Below are positions 37,337 through 52,734 of a stretch of DNA of 64,000 nucleotides, one piece after another. The position numbers and the translations under genes are program-made. The DNA lies in assembly GCA_964016885.1 (NCBI GenBank), contig OZ024747.1, forward strand, positions 50,034,001 to 50,098,000. The letters are read 5' to 3'. Position 1 is the stretch's first letter; each line of letters begins with the position of its first letter. This DNA comes from Eledone cirrhosa. Its lineage: Eukaryota. The notes beneath the pieces are model-generated. The model worked only from the letters and a program-made list of their open reading frames with translations, was not told where the DNA came from and did not search any database.

Positions 37337-37725
37337 TACAGGGTGCGGACGATATTTGTTTGCAAGATTACTTTGGATGAGAGACAGCGAGCTACCTGCC
37401 TTTGACAGAAATTGTCCTTTCCTCATCTTGTATGAAACGTAGCAAATCTCTTCATGTACCCCCAGCCTAATGAGCTTTTCATCCATGCCTTTCTCCCTTG
37501 CAATGGCACGCATCGACTTGCAAGGTTCATTGTTGATGATATCCTGAACTTCAGCGACAAGCTCGAGCATTCTGAAGGCGTCAGATCGTCGACCATGTGT
37601 TTTCCTCTCTGATGTTGCTTCGTAGTCGAATCCTGAATCTTCCAATTCCTTTCTGACCTTTTCCACCATTCTCTTGCTGACGCTGAGAAAGTCTGAAATT
37701 TCCTTATTTGTCCTCCCAGCGCGGA
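37337..37725 (-). mobile_element. Tc1/mariner-type transposon fragment (N-terminal DNA-binding region plus one TIR)
   Basis: KVRKELE...IINNEPCKSMRAIAREKGMDEKLIRLGVHEEICYVSYKMRKGQFLS; TA-CAGGGTGCGGAC end. Confidence 0.7.
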
Positions 37726-37727
37726 TT

Positions 37728-39685
37728 CCTTGCTCAGTATGTAGGAAAGGTGTAGGTAGAAATTCTATCCTCTATCCTAAATGCAAATTATGGGTACACA
37801 AGAGATGTAGTGGGATCTCAGGAAGTTTAGCTAAGAATGTAGGCTTTACATGTAGCTACTGTATCAGGACAGTAAGCAGCAGACAACCACAAGAAACAAG
37901 TGCTGCCAAATTCTGGGAGGGCTTGGTAGAAATAGTAGACAGCTTCTGCTACCTAGATGACTGAATTAGCAGCGGAGGTGGGTGTTCGGAAAGTACAGTA
38001 GCCAGAGTGAGAACAGGATGGAAGAAGTTCAGGGAGCTACTGCCACTGCTAGCTGTGAAATGCTTTACCCTTAAAATGAAAGACAGACTGTATGATGCAT
38101 GCATACGAACAGCAATGTTACATGGTAGTGAGACCTGGGAGTTGTGTGCAGAGGACTTGTCTAGTTTGGAAAGAAATAAAGCTTGCATGCTCCGATGGAT
38201 GTGTAATACATGAACAGCAAAGCATAAACGAACTGAAAGAGAAACTAGGCATAAGAGGAATAAAATGTTGTGTGCAGGAGAGGAGACTATGTTGGATGAC
38301 AGCTGCATAAAAAGGTGCAGAGCACTCAAAGTCGATGGGAACCTAGGATTGGGGAGACCCACGAAGACCTGGAATGAGGCGAACAAATCTAACCTTGCCC
38401 AACTGCACCTCTCAAAGGCGATGACACAGGACCGAGATCTGTGGCATTATGCAGTAATATAGAAGACCTGACTCCCCCACAGGCACACACCAAAACTGAA
38501 GCATATATATACAGTGTGTACCACCCCACCCCACCCTCCCATACATCTCCCATGAGGGCAGTATGAAGTATGCATCCAGTGAAGCCTACCAGCCCACACT
38601 GTAAAGTGGTCATGTTGGTGACACGACAATAAACACCTAGTTCACACTGTCAAGTGGTCGTGTTGGTGACATCACAAAAAGCACCCAGCCCACACTGTGA
38701 AGTGGTCATGTTGGTGCCACGACAATAAACACCTAGTTCACACTGTCAAGTGGTCGTGTTGGTGACATCACAAAAAGCACCCAGCCCACACTGTAAAGTG
38801 GTCATGTTGGTGACACGACAATAAACACCTAGTTCACACTGTCAAGTGGTCGTGTTGGTGACATCACAAAAAGCACCCAGCCCACACTGTGAAGTGGTCA
38901 TGTTGATGCCACGACAATAAACACCTAGTTCACACTGTCAAGTGGTCGTGTTGGTGACATCACAAAAAGCACCCAGCCCACACTGTGAAGTGGTCATGTT
39001 GGTGACACGACAATAAACACCTAGTTCACACTGTCAAGTGGTCGTGTTGGTGACATCACAAAAAGCACCCAGCCCACACTGTAAAGTGGTCATGTTGGTG
39101 CCACGACAATAAACACCTAGTTCACACTGTCAAGTGGTCGTGTTGGTGACATCACAAAAAGCATCCAGCCCACACTGTAAAGTGGTCATGTTGGTGCCAC
39201 GACAATAAACACCTAGTTCACACTGTCAAGTGGTCGTGTTGGTGACATCACAAAAAGCATCCAGCCCACACTGTAAAGTGGTCATGTTGGTGCCACGACA
39301 ATAAACACCCAGTTCACACTGTCAAGTGGTCGTGTTGGTGACATCACAAAAAGCATCCAGCCCACACTGTAAAGTGGTCATGTTGGTGACACGACAATAA
39401 ACACCTAGTTCACACTGTCAAGTGGTCGTGTTGGTGACATCACAAAAAGCATCCAGCCCACACTGTAAAGTGGTCATGTTTGTGACACGACAAAAAGCAC
39501 CCAGTACTCACTATAAATGAGGTTGGTGTTAGGAAGGGCATCCAGCTGTAGAAACAAAGCCAAAATCAGTTCTGTATGTGCAAGACATGGTCACCTCACC
39601 TAGCATTGCCCACAATGGGACAACCCATCTAACCCATGCTAGCATAGAAAAATTGACGTAAAACAGTGATGATGGGGATGATGAT
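37728..39685 (+). mobile_element. RTE LINE 3' part with an expanded 3' UTR repeat
   Basis: CSVCRKGVGRNSI, FCYLD, WKKFRELLPLL, MLHGSETW; standard tail at 39500-39685. Confidence 0.92.
38593..39505. repeat. 96-bp higher-order repeat (alternating 48-bp A/B monomers), about 9.5 dimers
   Basis: Period 38593 to 38689; monomer occurs 2-3 times in other RTE/SINE tails. Confidence 0.95.
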
Positions 39686-39687
39686 AC

Positions 39688-40030
39688 ATCATCATCATCA
39701 TTGTTTAATGTCTATCTTCCACGCTAGCATGAGTTAGATGGGTTTGTCCCATTTAGAGGCAAGTTGGGTCAGGTAACCATGTCTCGATCATAAAGGAGAG
39801 TTTCTGCCTGGTTTTCTATGGCTGGATGCCCTTCTTAATGCCAACCACATTGACAGTGTGTGCTGAGTGCTTTTTGCCATGTCTTTTACACGATCACTTT
39901 ACAGTGTGGGCTGGATGTTCTTTACAGTGTGGACTGGGCACCTTTGTCGTGTCACCGGCACAACCACTTTACAGTTGTGCCTGGGCATTTTGTCTGGTGA
40001 CTAGGGAGGGTGGAGGAGCTTGGTAAAAAC
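39688..40030 (-). mobile_element. RTE 3' UTR/tail fragment, tail-to-tail with the previous copy
   Basis: ggctggatgcccttc..ccaaccacat..acagtgtgggctgg. Confidence 0.75.
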
Positions 40031-40514
40031 TGTGGACAGGGTAGTAGGGGAGGTATGGTTACTGCTAAGGGAGGTGAATGAGAGGGGATAGCAGGTTGAG
40101 GAGGGTGTTGCCTACTAGGTATAAACCTCATCCTGAGAATAATAGAGGGAGGATATACATATATATAGTTCGGATCTAACTGTTTAAACAGCAGGAGCTC
40201 AGCCGAATTTTTCATATACATATATATATATATATATCCAAAATTAAATTAAGGGTGTCATGTCTGAGAGACATGCGCCATATTCACTGCAGAATAAACT
40301 CAAAGATTCCAATGAATAGATCCGAGCATTTTATATCAACTAGAAATAGATTGACACATATATATATAAAATAAACACATGAAACAATCTCAGGGAATAA
40401 TTTGTAAAGTGTGTAAGCACACATAGCTAGGTAGGTAACTAATTAAAGTTTAACTAGAACTTCAAATATAGATACCTTTTAAAATGATTAAATAAATATA
40501 TATATAAAAGGAAA

Positions 40515-40640
40515 AGAAATCGAAAATGCAACTGGAGTCTTTTTAAGAATAATAATTTCTTTCCTTTACCGATTTCACAGTTCTTATGCTTTTCAAAAGT
40601 AGAATCGAGATGGAGGGTTTGTGGTTTTTCTCACATCTGG
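40515..40640. repeat. Unclassified dispersed repeat; second copy at 58175-58307
   Basis: gaaatcgaaaatgcaactggagtc...gagatggaggg..tgtggtttttctcacatct in both places. Confidence 0.8.
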
Positions 40641-41027
40641 TCGGTGTTCGAGTGTTACTTCTGTTTTATGTGGAAAAAAGTAGCTCGAATTGCTAGGTTT
40701 TTAAAAAAACTAATTTGGTTGGTTGATGACTGTCACGTGAATAAGTACATTAAATTTCGCACCAGTCACATGATTTGTCATAGAGAGTTTTGTGCCAAAC
40801 AAAAGATAATGGTCAAGAAAAGAGATGGGGAGAAATCATTCTGTGAGTGTGGTTGATGTGCTGAGGTGTCAAAATTCAGACTTTCTATTGAAATAAATTG
40901 AATGTTTGTGTCAACAGTGGAGTAAGAGATGAAAGACAGAAATATATATATATATTTACACACACACACGCAAATATATATTTACACACATACATATATA
41001 TCATTATTTTATCTTCACACATACTAG

Positions 41028-41212
41028 CGGTGGATTGGCAGTATCGGTAGAGGGTTGGACGCCATGCTTTCCAGCATAGTTACGTCCCTTTACGATCTGA
41101 GTTCAAATCCCGCCGAGGTTGACTTTGCCTTTCATCCTTACGGGGTCGATAAAATAAAGTACCAGTAATGCACTGGGTAATTGCTGGCCTTGTGCCTAAA
41201 GTAGAAACAATT
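41028..41212 (+). mobile_element. SINE family A
   Basis: Near-consensus copy; attattttatctt on both flanks. Confidence 0.92.
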
Positions 41213-41583
41213 ATTTTATCTTTGGTGGTATGGGTTGAAATTGTCATTGCAGATATTCAGTGACTTAATCAGAGCTTTCATAGACATGCTGCTGGACCAT
41301 GTTCCATCCAATATAACCCATTTGTAGCATGGTTTCTTCAGCTTGATACCCTTCCTAACACCAATCACTTTACAGATTGTAATGAGTGTCTATTAATATG
41401 GTACCAATACTAGAGCGATATTCATGCCTATTATTTTGTTGAATGAAGCCCTCAACCCATCTACTTTACAGAGTATATGGGTGAAATTTATTGGGGTGTT
41501 AATGCTAGAGACTTTGTATTGTCCTAAATGTGAATGAAGGATTCTCTTAAACATTTTTGGCATAGTCTCTAAAACCAAGCACT

Positions 41584-41845
41584 TTAACTCTTAACATCCT
41601 GAAATGTTTCTGCAGAGAATATCTAAATGCCAGTTTGTTAATTCAAATGTTTATAGTACTTTTACAGATTGTTGTGAAAATTTGTAATATCAGGATAAAG
41701 ACTTCAATATTTAATATGATACAGTCATATTGATGTATTGTAATAAATGTTTATATTTCCTTTACTAGTGAACGGATCATTGTACAGCTTTATACTTTTC
41801 AAGAATATCTTGTAGTTTTGTACAGTAGAGGGTGTTAAGAGTTAA
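41584..41845. mobile_element. MITE with about 17-bp terminal inverted repeats (TTAA ends)
   Basis: ttaactcttaacatcct ... agggtgttaagagttaa (1 mismatch). Confidence 0.65.
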
Positions 41846-42164
41846 AGAGAGGACTGGGTACATTTTATTATTGTACCAGCACTAGAGAGGTTACCAGGTT
41901 ATTGAGTTCACGAAAGAGTCTTCCCTACTTTCTGTTGTTACTAGTATCAAACACTTCATGGAGAGTATTTAGTACATTTCATAGAGGTACTATGGAGGTT
42001 ACCTTGTTCTGAGGTAAACATGTTTACACATATAAACATATGAAACACATACACATACACAACACACACATAAACACATAGACAACACAGGAACATAAAG
42101 ATACAGTGATTTAGTTTCACCTGCTCCCTTCCTTTAAAGACATGGCTGTTGTTGTTTGTGTGTT

Positions 42165-42224
<60 letters not shown>

Positions 42225-42305
42225 AACACACAAATATAGTGTTTGTGGTGGTGGTGGTGGTGGTGGGGTTGTGGATTGCTGTGTGTGTGTGTGTATATAT
42301 ATATA

Positions 42306-43015
42306 TGAAGAATTAGAAATAGGACTATCCATCATCAGTGATCTACTAGCCATCGTAGGTATTAGGCGAAGAAATACCTATGATGGCTAGAAGACCACTG
42401 ATGATGGATAGTCCTATTTCTAATTCTTCATTTTAATTTGTATATCACATTTGCAACAACACAGCATGCCATTTTTCATTCCTATATGCTTTCCCCTTCG
42501 CTGTGACCTGTCTTTTTCTCCTCCCTTACTGCTATCCTCTTTCTCTCTCCTTCTTCCGCTTACTTTCATTCACCCCCTCTGCTAGTCACCCTCTTTCGGC
42601 TAGCCTCCTCCTCCCACTTTCACTCACCCTCTCTCTCACTTCCTCCATCGTCCCACACCGTGCGTAATTCTTTCCTCACTTACTTTCGCAAGGTTGGGAT
42701 GTGTCTTACGTCTTCTCGTCAATATTCGCAAGTTCTTATGTTCACTTGTATCACTGACTTGATTTTCTCATTTTTCTTCTCTTTACGTTGCCACACCATT
42801 CATGTTTGTTTACCTGTCTCTCTTTCTCCACCCAATTCTTTTTATCCCAACAACTTATTTTAGTTATTGTTCGCGCTAGCCTGAGCTATCTGGTCTTTAA
42901 TGTGAAGAAATACCTATGATGGCTAGTAGACCACTGATGATGGAGAGTCCTATTTCTAATTCTTCATTTTAATTTGTATATCATATTTGCAACAACACAG
43001 CACGCCATTTTTCAT
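42306..43015 (+). mobile_element. Non-autonomous Penelope-like/retrozyme-like element: inverted partial repeat, direct repeat, spacer, direct repeat
   Basis: About 112-bp direct repeats at 42368-42480 and 42904-43015; 42306-42363 is the reverse complement of the repeat's 5' half; CTGATGA in the repeat; pyrimidine-rich non-coding spacer. Confidence 0.65.
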
Positions 43016-43124
43016 TTATATATATATATATATGTTTGTGTGGGTGGGCAGATGTAGTGGACTGCTGTGTATATATTATACTGCCACTTGTAACCAGTTC
43101 AATCAAACTCCTGCCTATTGGACA

Positions 43125-43392
43125 TGTTGATAAAATAAAGTACCAGTAAAATACAGGGGTAGATTTGATAGACTTTCCACACTCCAAATTGCTGGCCTTG
43201 TGCCTTAACTAGAAATCATTATTATAATCCTGCCTAGGTTAGTTTTCCAGTATAGTTACGTCTCTTTACGATCTGAGTTCAAATCCTGCTGAGGTTAACT
43301 TTGCCTTTCATCCTTACGGGGTCGATAAAATAAAGTACCAGTAATGTACTGGGTATTTTTGTTGGCCTTGTGCCAAAGGTAGAAACAATTAT
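43125..43392 (+). mobile_element. Two truncated SINE family A copies
   Basis: gataaaataaagtaccagt...gctggccttgtgcc occurs twice. Confidence 0.8.
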
Positions 43393-43519
43393 GTAGGTAT
43401 TTGGAACATAACATATTGAAGGCAGGATTTTAGATAAAAATAAACAAGTTTGTTTCGTAGAACCAGTAATGTTATCAGGTAGTTTGCTATTAAAAGAATT
43501 ATATCTGGTAAATATATAT

Positions 43520-44910
<1,391 letters not shown>

Positions 44911-45498
44911 CTCTTTTACTCTTTTACCTATTCCAGCTAGCCGGCTACTATATTTTATTTTAATACATGTATTCTTAACCACCAAATCAACCAACCACAT
45001 TTTCTAAATAGATACTGAATGTCTGTGTAGTTATCTCCCCCTGTTGGTTGCACTCTCACCTGTTTCTTTATAAATATAAGATATATTTTCCATCAAGACA
45101 ACTTGCATTTATATACCTCTATACTCACTGATGTGTTCTTTATGTTTATTAACCAGTATTGATTTTTAAGACACACTGACCAACATAAAATACATTTACC
45201 TTAAAAGGATGCTTGTCTTTATTCTAGATTACAATCTTTTATGTTCCTGCAATTCTCTTTTGTTTTTATTTTATTTTTGGTTTTGGTTTCTCACTTCTTC
45301 TTCTTCTTCTCCTTCTTCTTCTTCTTCTTCCATGTAAACACTAAATGATTGCTTTTTGTTTCAACACACACACACACACACATACATATACACACCCACC
45401 CACATATACATATATATATATATACATATATATACATCATCATCATCATCACTGTTTAACGTCCATTTGTCCACACTGGCCTATATATATAAATATAT

Positions 45499-45567
<69 letters not shown>

Positions 45568-45570
45568 AAT

Positions 45571-45656
<86 letters not shown>

Positions 45657-45660
<4 letters not shown>

Positions 45661-47485
45661 TAACTATAGAGGCATTAAATTAATCGACCAGGTCATGAAG
45701 GTCACGGAAAAAGTAATAGCGCAACTAATCAGAGAGAGAATTGACCTAGATGAAATGCAGTTCGGGTTTGTGTCAGGCAAAAGTACCACAGACGCTCTTT
45801 TCATAGTACGACAACTACAGGAGAAGTACCTAGCTAAAGGTAAACCCCTCTACTTAGCTTTTGTCGACTTGGAGAAAGCCTTCGACAGAGTCCCCCCGCT
45901 CCATTATCTGGTGGGCTCTTAGAAAACTAGGCGTTGACGAATGGCTTGTGAGGGCTATGCAAGCCATGTATAAAGAAACAGTCAGCAAGGTTAGAATTAA
46001 CAACGAATATAGTGAAGAGTTTAGCGTAAAAGTTGGCGTCCATCAGGGCTCTGTTCTCAGCCCACTACTATTTATTATTGCCCTTCAGGCTATAACAGAG
46101 GAGTTCAAGACAGGCTGCCCATGGGAACTCCTATACGCAGACGACCTGACACTCATAGCGGAATCAATGGCCGAGCTAGAGAAGAAATTCCAAACATGGA
46201 AGCACGGCCTAGAGTCAAAAGGACTTAAAATTAACCTGGCTAAGACCAAAGTACTAGTTTGTAGGAAAGAAAACAAGGCGGCGGTCCCTTCTGGGAAATG
46301 GTCGTGCTCGGTGTGTAGGAAAGGCGTAGGTAGAAACTCCATTTTATGTCCTAAATGCAAAGTATGGGTGCATAAAAGATGTAGTGGGATCACAGGTAAG
46401 CTAACTAAGAACATAGATTTTACATGTGGCCGGTGCTCTGGTGCAATAAGTAGCAGCAAGTGCCCACAACTACTAGCTCTTTCAATTGCGCAGAGGGTTC
46501 TATAGAAATAGTGGACAGCTTCCGTTACCTGGGCGATAAAATCAGCAGTGGGGGAGGGTGCTCTGAAAGTACTGTAGCTAGAGTCAGAACTGGTTGGAAA
46601 AAGTTCAGAGAGCTTATACCACTATTAGCTGCTAAAGGGTTCTCACTAAAAATGAAAGGCAGGTTGTACGATGCCTGCATACGAACAGCAATGCTGCATG
46701 GCAGTGAGACCTGGGCATTGTGTGCAGAGGATATACGCAGACTAGAGAGGAACGAAGCTTGCATGCTCCGCTGGATGTGTAACAGTAATATACGTGAACG
46801 GCAAAGCATAAACGAACTAAGGAAAAAATTAGAGATAAGAGGGATCAGATGTTGTTTACTCGAGAGAAGGCTAGTTGGTATGGACACGTGATGCGCATGA
46901 AAGTCGATAGCTGTATAACAAAGTGCAGGGCAATAAAGATAGACGGTAGTCACGGAATAGGCAGACCTAGAAAAACCTGGGACGAGCTGATAAACTCCGA
47001 CATCACACACTTACACCTCTCCAAGACAATGTCACTGGACCGAGACCTTTGGCGGTACTCAGTAACAGAGAAGACCCGCCTTACCTAAATATATAGTAAA
47101 ACCTACTCCAGCCAGTAGGCATCCCTAACAAAATACACCCCGTCCCACCACCCCCACCCCTACCCCATCCACACCACCCCGTTCTATGTAAAGTTATGTT
47201 GGTGCCGCGCCATCGAGGCCGAAACAAATGAGATCGTGTAGGTGTCACGACAAAAAAACACACAGTCCACGCTGTAATGTGGCCGTGTAGGCAACACGGT
47301 AAAAACCTCCCAGACCCACACTGTAAATGTGGTTGGTGTTAGGAAGGGCATCCAACTGTAGAAAACCTGCCAGACAGTCCTATGCGAGCAAGACAATCAC
47401 TCTTGCCTCAAGTGGGACTACCCCCGTCCAAACCCATGCAAGCGTGGAACACGGACGTTAAACGTTGATGATGATGATGATGATA
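45657..47485 (+). mobile_element. Longest and best-preserved RTE LINE copy (RT domain through 3' UTR), 5'-truncated, with frameshifts
   Basis: NYRGIKL, QFGF, AFVDLEKAFDRVP, HQGSVLSPLLF, LLYADDL, FRYLGD, MLHGSETW, WYGHVMRM, GRPRKTW; frameshifts near 45895, 46470 and 46875. Confidence 0.96.
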
Positions 47486-47679
47486 TATGATAAATTTGTC
47501 AATTTACCTATTTGTTTATACTATTATTATTATTATATTTGGGAGCAAAGGAATTAAAGGAATTGCCTTTATTTATATTCAGCTTGTTATCTTTTCTTTT
47601 AGTCTTTTAGTAAATGTATTTGATAATAATAATAACAATATATATATATATGCATATATATGTATATATATATATATGC

Positions 47680-47711
<32 letters not shown>

Positions 47712-47716
47712 GTATA

Positions 47717-47756
<40 letters not shown>

Positions 47757-47757
<1 letters not shown>

Positions 47758-47917
47758 CAAAGGAAATGTGGTAAGGAACCAGGTGGACCATAACGCACCA
47801 AAGTACTCAATACTTGAGGTAGTAGAGTGGGTAATAGGAACCAGTAAGACCCCGACAGCTGAGCTCAAGCCGTTTCGACGGCTTGAGCTCAGCTGTCGGG
47901 GTCTTACTGGTTCCTAT
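47757..47917 (-). mobile_element. Penelope-like terminal fragment with a perfect 40-bp fold-back (47834-47917, TTCG loop) and 3' half of a hammerhead
   Basis: 47834-47873 is the exact reverse complement of 47878-47917; minus strand reads GAA-ACGGCT-tgagctc-AGCTGT-C. Confidence 0.65.
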
Positions 47918-49950
<2,033 letters not shown>

Positions 49951-50150
49951 NNNNNNNNNNNNNNNNNNNNNNNNNNNNNNNNNNNNNNNNNNNNNNNNNN
50001 NNNNNNNNNNNNNNNNNNNNNNNNNNNNNNNNNNNNNNNNNNNNNNNNNNNNNNNNNNNNNNNNNNNNNNNNNNNNNNNNNNNNNNNNNNNNNNNNNNNN
50101 NNNNNNNNNNNNNNNNNNNNNNNNNNNNNNNNNNNNNNNNNNNNNNNNNN
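49951..50150. other. Assembly gap (200 N)
   Basis: Run of N. Confidence 1.
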
Positions 50151-50752
50151 GAGCGCGTATGTATGTACATGAATACATGTGTGTATATATATGTGTATGC
50201 ATGTGTATATATATGTAAGTATGAATATGTGAATTGTGAGTATATGTATTTTGTAGAGGTGTGCAAATATATTTGTGTGTGAATGCGTGGGTGAAAGAAT
50301 ACGTACACTTGAAAGAAAAATTTAAGTCTGAATGTTAAGTGCAAACACAAAACCAACCACGCATATCTTTACTATCTCTAATCCTTCTATAGATTTAGAA
50401 AAATAACCAATAATATATTCTATAAAAAATGTCAAAACAACAGATGGGAATCTAATTACTCACTGCCACCAAGAATTCTCACTGCTATCGAAAAACCACT
50501 CCTTCAACTATTCTTCTAACAACTTCACCCCTCCCTCCTAATATTCTCTATAAAAACTAAATAGGTCCTCAGTAATATTATTCTGATTAAATGACAGTAA
50601 ATAATAACATTGAAATATTGAATGTCTGCATAACTAAAAGTTTGTAGATAGCTGTTTTAGGTTATGTAACTGTTATAGAAACACGTGTCAATAAATTCCT
50701 TTCAACTAAACTGTATCCATTCAAATCTTTCTATATATATATATATATATAT

Positions 50753-51442
50753 ATCATCATCATCACCGTTTTACGTCCGTTCTTCCACGCTAGGATGGGT
50801 TAGACGGGTTGTTCTGTTGTGGGCAGTGTCTGGTCGGCTGACCATGCCTTGCTCATACAGGAACTGATCTGGCTTGATTTCTACAGCTGGATGCCCTTCC
50901 TAACACCAACCTCATTTACAGTGAGTGCTGGGTACTTTTTCGTGGCGCCTACACGTCCACTTTACAGTGTGGTCTGGGTGCTTTTTTGCCGTGGCACCTC
51001 CACGATCACCTTGCGGTGGTGGGTGTGGGGGCATATTGTCTATATGCTTCAGCTTGTACCCATGGGAGGTCGCGTACTCTGTATTACTGCGTGACGCCAG
51101 AAGTCACGGTCGTGTGTCATTGCCTTTGAGAGGTGTAATTGGGTAAGGTCGGCTTTTATCACCTCATCCCAGGTCATCTTGGGTCTCCCCACTCCGCGGT
51201 TTCCATCAACTTCTAGTGCTCTGCACCTTTTTATGCAGCTGTCATCCTTCATACGCATCACATGTCCATACCAGTGCAACCGCCTCTCCTGCACACAGTA
51301 TTTGATTCCTCTTATGCTCAGTCTCTCTCTCAATTCATTTATGCTTTGTCGTTCACGTATATTACTGTTACACATCATTCGGAGCATGCAGGCTTCGTTT
51401 CTCTCTAATCTACGTAAGTCTTCCACCTTCAGCGCCCAGGTC

Positions 51443-51447
<5 letters not shown>
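50753..51447 (-). mobile_element. RTE LINE 3' fragment whose tail matches the SINE B long-tail variant
   Basis: ETWALKVEDLRRLERNEACMLR..WYGHVMRM..GRPKMTW; tail nearly identical to 13343-13545. Confidence 0.92.
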
Positions 51448-51520
<73 letters not shown>

Positions 51521-51668
51521 AAAATTAGCTCATATCACATTTACAAATGGAGGAGAGGGCGACGAATAATTTTGCGAGGAGGGGGGGATAAGGTTCCATA
51601 GCCCTACCCTCTGCCATGGCAATTGGGCTGCATGACCTGCTTTCCAAGTTACCCTTCGCCACTGATAT

Positions 51669-51706
<38 letters not shown>

Positions 51707-51741
51707 ATATATCTATATATATATATATATCTATATATATA

Positions 51742-51783
<42 letters not shown>

Positions 51784-52249
51784 TATACATATATATGTAT
51801 AGTGAAAGAGTGAAGACTAACATGGTCAACAGTACAAAGAGGGTTTTATTTACAGTATTAACAATTGTTTCATTGATTACGATGTCTAAAGGTTGCTAAT
51901 CACTCGAAGTTGTGTCACTCAACCTTAAATACAGAATATGCCTAATCAAATCATCGGAATAACTGAATTCGCAAATTTCAAACCAACATGAGTCGATCCA
52001 ACAATCCCATATTTCAAGCTGAACCACCCAGAGTCTATTATAATAACTACATACCAACCCACTGTTATTAACTGTCAACAGACCAACTAATCACTAAATC
52101 AACATCATAAACTTCCTAACCTTTCTTTCACTCTCTCTCCCTAAAGCTATTTCACCTCTTCCCTTGTATCCTATCCTGTATCTATTAACCTCTAACCTAA
52201 CTTCTAATTTATTAATTTATCTTTTATATGCTATTTATCATTATATTCA

Positions 52250-52435
52250 GTGGATTGGCAGTATCGGTAGAGGGTCGGACGCCATGCTTTGACGCATAGA
52301 GTTACGGCCCTTGCCATTCTGAGTTCAAATCCCGCCGAGGTTAACTTTGCCTTTCATCCTTATGGGGTCGATAAAATAAAGTACCAGTAATACACTGGGT
52401 AATTGCTGGCCTTGTGCCAAAAGTAGAAACAATTA
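52250..52435 (+). mobile_element. SINE family A
   Basis: Family A sequence; TSD attatattc. Confidence 0.92.
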
Positions 52436-52686
52436 TATTCTTTTTCCTACTCTAACCCTCTGTGATTTAACCAGTACATATGTATATATTTAACCCTTTA
52501 ATGTTCAAACCGGCTAAAACCGGCCAGAATTCTCTACCTCTTTGATAGATATAACTTGTTTATGTATACCTAGACGGTCCCCTGTGTCCACCTGTCATGA
52601 AATCTCTCTCATGTGCATGGTTGATGTGCAGGTTCTTACCCAGTCCCTTGGATCTTAAGTCCTTCTGTATCTTATATAACCTTATG

Positions 52687-52734
<48 letters not shown>

